This document shows positions 50,801 through 63,582 of a stretch of DNA of 64,000 bases, piece by piece. The position numbers and the translations under genes are program-made. The stretch is from Iphione sp. A-MEVVRFRX5 (taxonomy: Eukaryota): contig OZ320313.1 of NCBI GenBank assembly GCA_976226885.1, forward strand, positions 136,710,001-136,774,000, in the 5' to 3' direction. Under the pieces are notes generated by a model. The model made no database searches, had not been told where the DNA came from, and worked only from the letters and a program-made list of their open reading frames with translations. Numbering within the stretch: position 1 is the first letter of the stretch; every line of letters starts with the position of its first letter.

Positions 50801-53800
50801 GCTACGGAAAGTCGTTGAAGTTTGCTTATTTATAGGACATATTACCCCATGATTCTTAGCACCTTTCCTGTTCAGTTCACTGGAAAGAAAATGAGATTCC
50901 CTTTATGTTTAGGATGCCAATTTATAGAATGACCTTTTTTTATAAAATGAAGTTTTGATCCCACTACCGGCACAAATATCACAACTGAACAAATCCTTTC
51001 CATTAGCGAGATATGAAACCAGAGTTAGTAGAGCCCTTCAAACGAGGGCAGGCTTGGAACCAGCCAGGTTTGATCTCTTCCTTGAGTCAGTCTCCGTTAT
51101 GGGTTGGTAAAACATTGTGGAGACCCAGTTAGATCATAGAGCAGACCCAACCAGGACAGAGACGAAGATCCCTAAGAACGCATCATTCACTTAATACAGT
51201 TTATTTAAACTGTAGAGGAGGCCAAAATCAGCCAGTCCCTAGCTTGGTCTCCAATGCGGGTCTCAACTTTTCATGCAAATGGACTCCTGGTTCTTGAAAA
51301 TTTTGGTCTTAAGCATTGTTTGGTGTTCGATGTGGGTTGCCTTTACTGGAGTTTTGTACTGTATATATACAACATATGCATTTGGTTCTAGAATGGTTCT
51401 TTAGCTTTAGGACAGTTTTGTTGCCATAGCAGTCACAGAAATAAAAAAGAATGGATGGTGCTGATATAGCTGACATTTCGTTGTTTTTCTTTATTGGACC
51501 AATGCCTGACTTTTCTCATCTCTCTCAAACTTTAAAAGAAAATGCCGTTTCTAGCCCTCTAAGGCTCCTAAAATCATGAACCCGGTTGCAGGAGGAGCAC
51601 TGGCCGGAGAGATGACGGAAATTTACAAGGTGGCAGCCGTGTGTCATCCCAGGGTCTGAGCAGACCTGGCCGCCCAGGGTCCCCAGGCACTGACCGAGCA
51701 TCCCCGGGGAGGCCCATGGCTCACATGGATGATCGGCTTAACCAGCGAATCTCTGAGTCACTCAGGGAGTCATATAAAGCTGCTGGGTCGAGCAAAAGAC
51801 GCCAAAATGAAGACTCGGAAGAGGAGGGGACAGTGAGCAAGGTCGACAGGTGAGCATTCTATGTATAAATCAGTAACGTTAGTTCCAGAAGCAGACACTA
51901 GGTGTCTATCTGTGGTGTAGTCCAGATGGCGTTGCGTTCGTCTGTATTGACCTATTGGCAAAATCAAGACCATATTTCACCGATTAAGTTAATGCAATCT
52001 ACTAACTTATCTTAGGAAGTTGCTTTAAAGATGATGCTAAGTTTGAAAATGAAGATGAATAGGCTGAATACTTTTCAACATGGTTACCTCCATAATCAGG
52101 TCACCTCTCTGTACCAGCCAGTATCTAAAGAACCTATGTTTCCTTTAGTAGCTTTTATTCCTTCTACAAACAAGTCACCTCTTAATTGAGGTCACCTTCA
52201 GTCTATCCCAGAGGTCAGCCGGTTTAAGGTCTTCTTAAACACGTGCTTCTGTTGAAGAACTTCATGTATATGATAGGAGCATTAATTTTGTAGCCTCAAT
52301 ACTAAGAAATGTATTCAAGAAAACTGAAAAGCCTACTCAGTTAGTAAAAGAATACTGATAACTATATTTAGCCCCTGTATTCAACGAGTTCTGCTCCAAC
52401 CTTTATATACCAGTGATGTCAATGCCAGATAGACAGGGTTCCCAGCCCATCAGGGAAATCAGGGAAAATTATTATACTTTTTTCCAGTCAGGGAAAAATC
52501 AGGGAATTTGATAAAAATGCCTCAAATCAGGGAAAAATCAGGGAATTTGATTGACCCAAAAGTCGAAAGTGGTCAGTCAGACTTATATTTTGTTGTACAT
52601 CAAAACAACATCCATTGGATGACTGGCTATGGTGGTTTTTTTAGTGTAGCCTCTTTGACTGTAGTACAAGTAGCTGAATTGCCTCATCTAAATAAGGCCT
52701 TTAACTTGAAGCATGATTGTGTACACTAAAATACCAAAAGGGAGTAGTGCCCCTTACCTCCAGAGCTGCTTCTCCTTACACACCATGATGGGGAACTGTA
52801 GATTGTGGCCCAGACCATAGACATACCACCTTGAACTCTATGCCCAGACTGAAGTCTTGGTGTTTTAGGAGAAGACTGCCCATGTCCCTGAGTGGAATAA
52901 AATTATGTACATATCCAAAGCTGCAACTATCAATATTTACAGAGTTCCACTCAATCTGGGCTTTATTAAATATAAATGTCTCAAAAAAGTTCTGCAATTC
53001 GACTTTGACACCAAATAGTTTTTTTGCTTTTCAGTTATCCTTTATTTAAATATTATTTGAAAGCTCATCTATCCCCCTTTACTTGTTCAAGTTTGAGGAT
53101 TATGAGTTAGTGTTTCAATATAGTTTGGACATACTGTTTACACAGGCTATTCCATAACAGAGGTTGATTCAGTTTAATCCTAGGAAGTATTGCAGCCATC
53201 ATTTTCAAATTTGAGATAGGCTTGTGATATCACGATGTACTATAAAACAATATGTCTATATGCAGAATTTTGCTGATATCCTCATTTTTTTTCCATTCAA
53301 ATTATTATGTATTAAAAATGGTTCTAAATGCCAAGAAACTTAAGTAATTTTCATATCATTATAAGTACAGTTGTGCTGATTAAACCATCTACAACATATT
53401 GATCTTCATGTCTGCACATTCCAATATAATCCAGTATTGAAATTGGCACCTTTAACATAGTGTGCTGTGATTCAAGGATGTGTACTTGAATTACCTTGAA
53501 TCAATCTCTGTCTGTATAAGGTGAGGAAAGGATTGCTGTAAGGGGAGAAGGAAGGCCATTATATGCCTGTGTAATAGTACAAATTTGTTTTACATTACAA
53601 TATAGAAAATGCGAAACTAGAAATGAGTTGAAGTAATTATCATGGAATTTTGAGACTTCATCAGGGAAAAATCAGGGAAATATCAGGGAATTTTGTTTTC
53701 TTGAAATGCTGGGAACCCTGATAGAGATAGACGTATTGCCGAGAGATGCATCCGCGACACATTTGAACAGAATCTACAGCCTTTACAAGGCATGTAGTTC

Positions 53801-54721
53801 AACCATGGACAGAGTCAAAAACAGTTCAAAATTGCTGTTGTGGGTAGAATGCAGCAACTATGTTTCTGTGATGCCATCACTTTGTGGAAAAGTTTGGCTT
53901 ACAGTCAAGGTCATGTAAAATCTTTATGGGTTGATTCCTTATAAGTGTGGGCAGTCTCTTACTGATGAGTGAGCATAGCAATGACACTGAGAAATTGAAT
54001 TAATAGTCATTGTGTGCTGATTTAACCTGTATTAAATTTCTTTAGAAAGGGGACCCTTACTAAAAATCACTAACGTAGTGAATGCCTTGAAGCTAAAATA
54101 TGATGCCTGATCAGCCTAATTTGGCGAAACATTGAGTAAGATTCTCCATGTTAGAATACTGTTCCAACATTCCATCCCACATGGATAAACCAAGTAGTAT
54201 TTCAGGGCCATTTGCCTAAAATATACAATTTTTAATGAAATCCCATAGGGAGACCTATGGGTGATTATGGCATCACCCCATGCATGATATGCAATGGCAA
54301 CTAACAGTCAGAAAGAAGCATTTGACTTCATTCCTGAGGGTAGCATCAAAACTGTTGGTGGCTTCGCCAGGCACGTTATATATTATCTGTATTAAAATAT
54401 TGTGGTAGACATGTAGGTCATAACCAGGAGTTTTTATCCAAGATCATAAGCGGTACAGTTGTGGATACTATTGTTTTGTCTTCTAAAGTTGTAATTTAGT
54501 GCATACACGTTAAAAAGCAAAAAGTCTAGTCGTATGCCCTTGTTTATTTATGAGATGAATTCACTTCTTCATACTTCTCCTGCTTTAGGTCTGATGATAC
54601 AGAGGAGAGGTCAGAGAGGAAGCGTCACAAACACAAGAAACATAGGAAACACAAGAAGGACCACAAGAAAGGCCGGGACAAGTCCACGGACAGGTCACCA
54701 CCATGCAGTCCTTCTGTCTAG
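47865..54721 (+). CDS. SNRNP48: U11/U12 small nuclear ribonucleoprotein 48 kDa protein (5'-partial; first exon needs phase 1)
   Basis: Exons 47865-48004, 48179-48295, 48562-48619, 48838-48879, 49334-49498, 50163-50281, 50562-50707, 51592-51849, 54589-54721 are frame-consistent GT-AG. CHHC zinc finger CPTDKGH-x8-H-x3-C. Also DLSIEQRVAVYEH, ERDMKRRRQAYRGKSTHTGKKSHLEVLRELID (family RDYKRRRQSYRAK...KSYTEVIRDVI) and a His/Lys-rich basic tail. Confidence 0.9.
52434..53720. mobile_element. Non-autonomous hAT-like DNA transposon (1287 bp) with 5-bp TSD, in the last SNRNP48 intron
   Basis: Perfect 13-bp TIR CAGGGTTCCCAGC (52434-52446; 53708-53720), ATAGA on both flanks (52429-52433, 53721-53725), nine subterminal TCAGGGAA motifs. 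Confidence 0.8.
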
Positions 54722-57700
54722 GTGTGGTCAGAATGTCTTAAATAACGTTTAATTCTTATTGTAGCCAAATGGAAGAACTAGAGAGAATGCCTAATATTTG
54801 CTGTGAAAATTCAACCTGTACCTTATCATTCAAGAAGTATTAAACCGCCATTTCTCAAACTGTGCGAGTTTCGTGGTTCTTTTCCACCTTCTTTCCCCAT
54901 CTCATTTTCGCATAGTGCTATATTGAGTCTGTAAAGTGATAACTACCGTCGGCCCCCTCTAATTCGATTTAGATACAGGCTACAGATAGAAGCTATGGGA
55001 CATGTATGGCTCAACTTATTACAGTGGAGGTCATATCTGCTTGTAGTGGTGATAAGTGAAAGTGGATGATATGACATCTATTTAATGCAAGGGATAGTGT
55101 AGTGGTAAAAGTTGGAGGAGCTTCTTTGATCTCTGAGCCAGCATGTAAGGGTCTTACATCCTGTAAGTCACAGCCTCCCCAACCTCTCTCCCTCTGCAAC
55201 TTAAGTAAGGAGGTTGGCAGAAGGCTGCTTGGGCCATCACCATCAACCTCAACCTCTCACCACCCCACCAGCTGTGGCAGTGCATTTGACGGAACAGAGA
55301 TTGTGACCTCCACATACAGCATGCGCTGCAGCATTCTTGTAAACACATGCGTGCAGCAACACGAGGCTGAGCTCAATAAATGGAAAATAATAATAACCCA
55401 AAAATGCAGCTGTGAAAGCACCTAGAGAATATGACAAGTTATTGAACTTCAGTTTTTTGCTACACGTTAAGAAAAAAATGCAAATTCTCACTGATAGGTT
55501 CTGAAATATAGTAGAGAAATGTGGCCCAAATATTAATTTCTGATTGATATTTTCTACGAGAAGTAAATAATGGTACCTCCTACCGTTTGTCTGGAAAAGC
55601 AGAAAAATTAAATGTACAACTGAACCTCACCCTAAGTAGCAATGAGACACCAATTTTAGACATTTTTTCTATGACATTTACATTGTATCTAATGGATTCA
55701 GCACACAATCTTCTTTATTTTGCTTTTTGAAGTTTTGAAATTGCACAAGTGGTTGTTCAATTATGAAAGATTTCATACTGTTGGATTCCACCATTGAAGA
55801 CTCCAGCCCAGGTCAAGTTCAAGTGTTTATTACGGATGTGCAAAGATCAAAATACCAACACCAACTGGAGGAAACCCTCCACGAACACACACATAATTAC
55901 ACATAAAACCAATTCCCTCAAACAGGAAAATCCCTCCCCTACCCCTCCGAGAATAAATCCCTCCACGAACAGAACTCCTCCCCCAAAACCTGACATAACC
56001 CCTCTGCCAAAACCTGACATAACCCCTCCGCAAAGATTGAAAACTGCCCCCTCACAGCCACAGCTCACAACATTACCACAAAAAGAGTCTTCTCCCATAG
56101 AAACAAGGCAAACAAATTACTAAAATGTGGATTTTCCAAAACATTTTCCTAAATTATGAAACTTCATACACAGATTTTCTGAAATGACAAATTCACTAGT
56201 AATATTTGTCAAGTATTACCATGAATTATGCATGTATTAGGGATACATTGTACAGTCAAACCTTGTTATCTGGAGTACCTCTGGATATTGAAATATTGTA
56301 TGGATGACGAAACATCCAGTTGTTGAAACGGCTACACATGTGTCTCCTGGTGGGGAAAATTGTTATAATAGTAATGTATTGGTGATCGATTATGTTGAAG
56401 ATATATTGATTTTAACCACTACTGGAGCATCTCTTGGTGGGCAAAATATGCACAATAGTAAAGTATGGCACAAATACTCTAAATTAAATTATTTTCATTC
56501 TTAACAAAAGTGAGTCAAATCAATTCTGAATGTGACAAGCGTTATTTACTAACCTCAGATGCATGCATACAATTGAAAATGGCTGAAAATAATGAAATAT
56601 GTGAAACACTAAATGCACATCACAGAAGAGTCAAAAATAGTTCATTTTCACTTAACAAAGTCTTTAATCAGTGTCTGCCTGGCACTCTTGATAGTTTTTC
56701 TGAGCTTTATGAAGCGATCCCCTGAGGAACTCCACACTAGTCACATCCTGCTGCTCCTTGCAGAATCTGATCAGAGTGTCCACACATGTTGAGACATCCC
56801 TTAGAGTGACAGGAGGTGGGGCAACATCTTCTGTGTCATCCTCTGTCCCCTCTGGCTCTGTTACCTCGGGAGGGGTGACCAGACTCAGAATTGCTGCATC
56901 TGACAGTTCTCCTGTGGTTTCTGCTCCAGAGTTGACCTGAGCATGCTCTTCTGCTGTCATCAGAGATTCCCCCTCTTGACTGGACAGAGACTGGAGAAGG
57001 GTTTGCAGTTCAGATAGAGGGAGATCATCCTCATCTGAAAATTCCTCATCTGTTGGAGATGTGATGGGAGAAGTGGTGTTGTCGGTGTTGGGCAGGATCT
57101 TTGTGTGACTCCAACACCTCTGGATGGTGGTGGTGGTCACTGATCCCCATGCCTCATGTAACATGAGGATGGCCTTGCGAAGATCAGTGGCCACTGGAGA
57201 GTCTCTCTCAATGCAGTCCAGGAAGTGCCTAACAAGCCTTCTGTATTGTGTCTTGAATGATGCTATTATACCAGCATCCAATGGTTGAATATGAGCTGTT
57301 GTGTTGAGAGGGAGGAATTTAATGGATAAATTCAAAAATGTCTCTGATATCTTGTGTGGCCCTGCGTTGTTGCAGAGCAGGAGGTACCTGCACCCTTGAC
57401 CCTTGGCACATTGTTTCAGCATGTTGAGGTATTCCATCCACATGCTCGATGTCATCCAGGCTTTAGCATTGTTCCAATAATGAACGTACATGCCAGGGTC
57501 AAACCCCCATTGGAGAAACATCTAGGCTTGGCAGACTTGCCGATGATGAGGGGACAAGTTTTTTCATCTCCAGTGGCATTACAAGCCAGGACAACTGTAA
57601 TTCTGTCTTTGCTGTGTTTCTTCCCCTTTACTGCTCCAGTTGACAGTGTGGAAGTTGGTTTCAGGCGGTAGAACAGACCCGTCTTGTCGACGTTGAAAAT

Positions 57701-58325
57701 GTCTTTGGGAGTTCCTCTTGAAGAGATGATCTGTCTTAGTCAACCTGGGACTGGTCTGCAGAAGCAGCCTCCCCATGTTGCTTGAACATCTTGATGTTAT
57801 TCCTGGTCTTGAATCATCCCAACCATCCTCTGCTGTAGTCACCCAGGCCTAGCTGACCCCCCCCCCCCCTAGATTCTTGGCTTTCTCTATCATCATGTCA
57901 TCACTGAGGATAGCTCCACAACAATGAACATCATTGAACCAAATCAACAGTGCATGCTTGAGGTTGGCTTGGGCAGGTGACCATTGACAACAGAGATTCC
58001 CATCATTGCTCCACATGGAAGTCCAATGTGCAGACTTTTTCAGGATGTCTGAAATAGTCGAACAGGGTATGGAGAACCCCCGTTTTGATGTGAACTTTTC
58101 AGAAAATTCTGCTTGGGAACATCTAGGGTTGAACGACTTGAACATGCACAGCTCCTTCTTCTGTTAATTCAAAATGCAAATAAGACGGCATTTGATGAAA
58201 GGTTGCAACATCTCAGTGGTTCCTGGAGAATGGATGAATATCATCCTAAGATGTGCTCTTTTAACTGAACCCCCAGATGACCACAACACATAACCACAGG
58301 AAGACATCTACACTGTGAAATAATT

Positions 58326-58464
58326 TAAAATGTTCAAAGAATCCAATAAAACCCAATGTCCTTGCCTCTTTTTATGATGGATGCTTTATTGTAGGTCACA
58401 ATAAAGCATCCATCATGAAAAGAGGCAAGGACATTGGGTTTTCTTGGATTCTTCAAACATTTTA
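58326..58464. repeat. Near-perfect long hairpin / foldback element (65-bp arms, 5-nt loop)
   Basis: 58328-58392 vs reverse complement of 58398-58462: 61/65 identical; loop AGGTC; TA on both outer flanks. Confidence 0.92.
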
Positions 58465-58883
58465 GATTTATCTTCTCCAATATAACATCCTATAATGGGA
58501 TCCCTAATACCTTGCCTAAGTCCAACATATGGGTAGTTGGGTGTAGATTTCGGCAATTTGTGAAATAATTTCCTTTGTCTACCTGTGATGCTTGTGTTTG
58601 ACCAGACTCAACACCCTACCCCTATCCTTTTGTTCATGAGTTCCTCCCTGCCGGCCATCTTCCTATGTTGTTTCAAGGCTTAAGAATTCATGAGCAACTG
58701 CCACTACCATCACTTCAAATAGACCCTACCAGGCATTGTCACAGGCTTGTTAATTCACACATATCCGATAAGCCTTCTCTCAAGTCACCATGATGTCTGA
58801 GTCTGGTTAACTGCATCTATTTCTATATAAATCATATTCAGAATGTCTTAAAATCGACTCCAAATCCAGTTGGCAAATTCAGG

Positions 58884-59260
58884 TTAACCCTTTCACGCCA
58901 GCCCCAGGTGAGGGAGGGGGCCATTTATGCAGGGGTGTATCATGATTTTAGTTCTCTGTGATGCCGGGTGTGTGTGTGTTAGCATATACACATCTAATAA
59001 TCATTATGGAAAAATAGTATAATAAATAAACTATTATTACTTATGAATAGATATAATAAGAATATGATTATTTTCATTAATCAACTACAATTAACCTTAT
59101 TCTTTATAAAATTTGATAATTATAACTTACTATGACAATGTCTGTATCAGTGTATGTATCCTCAGGGATGCACCCTGGCACCCCACGGATGTATCCCTGA
59201 GGATACACCCCGGCATATGCGATGTATCCTCAGGGATACAAGCCATTGCTATAGGGTTAA
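58884..59260. mobile_element. Putative piggyBac-like MITE nested in the Tigger element
   Basis: TTAA|CCCT ... AGGG|TTAA ends (TTAA at 58884-58887 and 59257-59260). The TIR match is short; three internal TGTATCC-N4-GGATACA-like palindromes. Confidence 0.45.
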
Positions 59261-60824
59261 ATAGTACAATTTATACAGAGAAACACTTGGTTATTTAAAA
59301 TCGTGACGGTCATGGAGGAACTCCAGTTGACGAGGTTCGACTGTACATTACAAAAGCAGTCTGCATATGAACAGGGGATAAGTGAGGAGAAAAGCTAATT
59401 TCACTTTATTTTCCTCATAGCTAATTCATGCACAAAATACACATTATACATGTACATGGAATTAAAATGTATTTAATCTTGGTAGCACATGTATTTGTAA
59501 AATGAAAATAGATAAGATAGAAACTTGGTACAAACTTTGCAGGAAAGAGCAAGGTTTATCTATCAGACTAAAAATTTTCAAAAAGATCACTGCATGGGAA
59601 ATAAGGCTTTTTAGTCAAAGTTACTATGTATCCCTCAAGTTTGGACCATAATTGATCCAGGAAACAGGTTGGGTGTCAGTGGTGGGGATGTCCCCTCACA
59701 AAACCGCTCTATGCATATTGCTACCCCAAGTATGATCTTTAAGCCTTAATAATAGCCACTGCATGGCATCTGCTTGATTTCTATTGCAACATTCAGTGGA
59801 GGGATTGACATCTTAATTCTACTGTGCAGTCAAGCCAAAGTATATGCCAGTGATCAGGTAGATGGTTCCTGATGGCAGGTGGAACAGGGACGGGACCTTC
59901 TGATATTTCATATATATCCCTATTCAAATGAATGCTCCCATAAGCAAATTATATAAAGGGTAAAGATGATACAGGTATACCTCCATTGAACACTGAAATT
60001 AACTTTGACAATTCCTGCTGGAATGGTATGCTCTCCACAACGAATTTTCCCAGTCTGTAGGAAATTCACTGAACACATCTTTATCTACTTCGTAAACAGA
60101 GGTATACCTGTAACATCAGCCCTGACCACCAAAATAATGGTAAGTCCAGAATGGACTTCCAGCCTCCTTCCCCAAATAACAAACTACAAATAACTTATGC
60201 GGAAATATTTCCCATCCACAAATTGTCACCAAGAGGGCCATGCAGTCAGAGCAGCAGGAATGAAGACATGGTTCCTACTGTCCAGACATGGTAGCACTTC
60301 ATTAACTGTATTACTCTTCTCTTTATAATAGTGATCTGTGGCCAGATCTGGTACCGGCAAGATTGCCCTGTGATAAGTTCCCTGAGAGAATCGACATTTT
60401 TCACAAAATATGTCTTCTCACAAGATAGCTTGCTTGCAAGGCATTTAGTGTGGGGGCCCTCGAAAATGCAGGGCCCGTAGCATATGCTACTTTTGCTACC
60501 AGAGTAATCCAGCATGGTCCACAGTGATATACTATAACCAAAAGACACAACTATGTATTGCACAACTCAAACTACCCCCGCCATATCTTAAGTGATATTC
60601 TATGCACCAAATGGAGGCAGGCACTGCTGCATGAAAAATGTGAATTGCCTCAGTAGTAAGCTTAACTGTGCAGTCATTTGTGCTACATGTGGGATCCAGA
60701 GTAGTCAGCCATTAGGCCCATAGCCAAGAGGGTATTGGGGTATCATCCGATACCCCCCCCCAACACACACACACACAAAAGCCAAGGGTTCCACCTCTCT
60801 AGGCCTATAGCCAAGGAAGTATCA

Positions 60825-61000
60825 TGAGAAAGAGGAAGAGTGTGTGAGAGAGAGCAAGAGAGAGAAAGGAAGAGAGAGACACAGAGAGAGAAAGACAAAG
60901 AGGGACAGAGCACAGAGAGGGAGACCTCTCTAACCAAGAGTTCCACCTGTCTAACTGGGAGTTGCATCTCTATAACTTGGAGTCGCACCTCTCTAATTTT
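60825..61000 (+). repeat. (GA)-rich low-complexity tract plus short CACCTCTCTA-type repeats
   Basis: Direct reading. Confidence 0.75.
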
Positions 61001-61924
61001 ACATACCCCCAACAAGACTTCCTGGCTACGGATAACTGCCCCACCCCCCGCCCCACTTTCATTAAAGTCACCCAAACTCCAAAGAGAAGAGGACTAAGCC
61101 AAGGGAAAAATGGATAACCACTTCAACACAATGGTCCCGAATGGTCTCACTATCCTGGATTAATCAGCCTTGCCTGATCATGACCCTCGCCCGTCCCATC
61201 CGTTTCAAAATGAATGGTGATTCTGATTGACCCCAAAAACTGCATAGTTCATGCGTTTTTTTAAAATGTACTTTTTATTCAGTTGGAAGAGTTTTAAGAC
61301 CTTTTGTCTCGGAGAGTCAATTTGTCAGCCAGACAGTTTCTTTTATTTCCTTATGGAAATATTAACATCTTTGCTTATGCTCCTTATACATCAGCATACT
61401 ATATCCTACATAACAGAACCGACGATTAGTTACCAAGAAAATGACAGTTGACGTACAGCTTGAGTAGACGTGCGCATGCACATTTTGGGCACATGTTACA
61501 TCAGTGCGCCCGTGCAATGCTCACACGAACCATTCATGATGTCCTGTCCGATATCCATCTTCGTCTTTCTTCACCTTTCCCCTTGGGGCCGTCATTTTCA
61601 ATGCTGATAATTTATCACTGATGCATTTCTCACATATTGTGTGTGTGTAATCTAGAGGCATGCCACCTGAACGGCTATTGTAAGTTCCACGGAAAAGTTA
61701 GGAATCAAGTCCAGCGTAGAAATGAGAAAACAGATTTGAACTTGATAAATGTAGGATCTTCATCATTATCAGGGTAGAGTGGGTTGAAAGTTACTCATTC
61801 TCAGTTTTTCCTGTTTTTTTGTTGGACAAACAAGTGCAATGTTAGCTTTAAAAAAGAACCGATGAAGGAAACAACGAGATGGTCACTTGAGTGGTGCTTC
61901 TTCAGGTCTAATGAAGCCAGATAT

Positions 61925-62750
61925 TCTTTTCTTTCCGTCAGTCTGTTCCTCCTTCAATTTCAATCTCTCCCTCTCTTTCTATGTGCTCTTTCTTTTTAGC
62001 TCTGTTCTCTTTTTATTAATTATGTTGCTTTTTCTACTCTTTTGTGTTCCTGTTCTCCTTTCTTCCTTCTACCTTCATTCTGTTCCTCTTACCCTTTCCC
62101 GCCCCTTCATCTTGATTCCTTTCTCTACCCCTCTTCTCTCCTTCCCTGACCATCTATACTTCTTTCTCACCCTTTTCCTCCGTTTTTCTACACTCCCTAT
62201 GTCTCTCTCCCATTACCATACTCCCTCCAATGTTTGCCTCTCTTTTTGCCTCTCATGTCTCAGTCTCGTTTTGTTTTCTCTATCATTTTCTCTGTCTCTT
62301 ACTTCCTCTCTTGCAATCTTGCTCTCTCCATCTCTACATTCCTACTTTTATCTTCATTTCTCTTCCTCCTCTCCGTTCCTCTATCATTCTTGTCACCTAA
62401 AGTATTCTTTTTGTCACCCTCCTTCCCTTTCCTTCTCTCTCTTCAATCTATTTCCCTCTAACCTGTATTTTACCTAAATCTCCTACCCTCCCTCTTCTTT
62501 TATCCCTCTCCCTCACTATCTTTTTTCCGTCTTTCTCCTACTCTTGCCGTCCCTCTCGCTGTATTTCTTCTTCCTCTCTCTGCGCCCTTCTCCACTTGTC
62601 TCTTTTGCCCTTCCTCTTCTTTCTTTCCTCCCCTCTTTTGTTTCTGACCCTATCCATTTTCCTTCTTTCCTCTATTCGTCTTCCTTGCCTCCTATCTCTT
62701 CCTCCTTCTTCTGTCTTCATCCATCTGTCATCGCTCTTTTTCTTCCCCCC

Positions 62751-62828
<78 letters not shown>
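61925..62828 (+). repeat. ~900-bp polypyrimidine tract ending in (CT)37
   Basis: C/T-dominated + strand throughout; pure CT run 62755-62828. Confidence 0.92.
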
Positions 62829-62832
<4 letters not shown>

Positions 62833-63211
62833 CCTTTACTTTCTGTACTCCCCGCGAAAGCTCTCAAAACACTGTGCGGATGTTTCAATATGTAGAAACC
62901 GTATATGTCAAGCTGCCCAGTTTTGTGTGTGAATAACAGCGGGAAAAACAGATGGTTTTGTCGACGTAGAAGCAGTGAAGGGTATAGATACAACACATCA
63001 GTACACTGGACCTCCGCATACATTTATGCACACATTTTCCACATGATTAACTGACTTTAGCCGCATATGTGCACAATTATCAGTCTGTGAGCTGACAGAT
63101 CTGTGATCAGCTTGATGTCTGTCGGCGCGTCACGGCTGCAGCGTCATCGATCTTTGATGGTCTGCATTGACAAGTAATATCCTTTATACATGTTGGTGAG
63201 CGAGCTGTAGA

Positions 63212-63485
63212 ATGTTGCCGTGTTCCCCTGAATCGCTACAACGTCAAGGTGAGATAAATAAGTTTCCATTACCAGCCTCGAGCATTGAATTACCGGTATT
63301 ACATAAACAAGACGTGATACCAGTGAGACGCTTTAAATATCTCCTTGGGCAAAAAACTGAAGAATCACTGGACAACGCACACTGCAAGACTTTCTCTTCT
63401 TTTGTATAGGATTCGACACTTTTGCTGAAAGTTCAGAACTTGAACGGCATGATTCGGTTGTACTTGAGGAGGAAAATTTGGAAAC
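63212..63485 (+). CDS. Possible first two coding exons of an unidentified gene running off the window
   Basis: ATG 63212, donor AG|GTGAGA after 63248, strong acceptor TTTCTCTTCTTTTGTATAG ending 63409. Joined in frame: MLPCSPESLQRQGFDTFAESSELERHDSVVLEEENLE. No family recognised; second donor weak. Confidence 0.3.
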
Positions 63486-63582
63486 GTGAATATTTTAATA
63501 TAACTTCAAGTTGGAAAAAACCTAAAGGGCTATGTCAGTGCTTTTTCTATGCATTAATGTTCATAACCAGGAGAATCACACA

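Larger units (their letters stand above)
56253..59343 (-). mobile_element. Tigger/pogo-family DNA transposon, 3091 bp, inactive transposase
   Basis: TIRs CAGTCAAACCTTGTTATCTGGAGTACCTC vs CAGTCGAACCTCGTCAACTGGAGTTCCTC (24/29), TA flanks (56251-56252, 59344-59345). Minus-strand transposase pieces at ~56664-58170: HTH (STISDILKK, LLIWF), IFNVDKTGLF, SKDRITVVLACNATG, IGKSAKPRCF, AWMT, FLPLNTTAHIQPLDAGII. Stops, frameshifts, and the second catalytic Asp reads Asn. Confidence 0.9.

Noticed and set aside
55794-56123. Pro-rich ORF with PKPDITP repeats
   Set aside because: Arises from a 24-bp tandem duplication in C-rich low-complexity DNA; non-ATG start.
61887-63023. Long Ser/Leu/Phe and Glu/Arg ORFs
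   Set aside because: Translation artefacts of the CT/GA tract.
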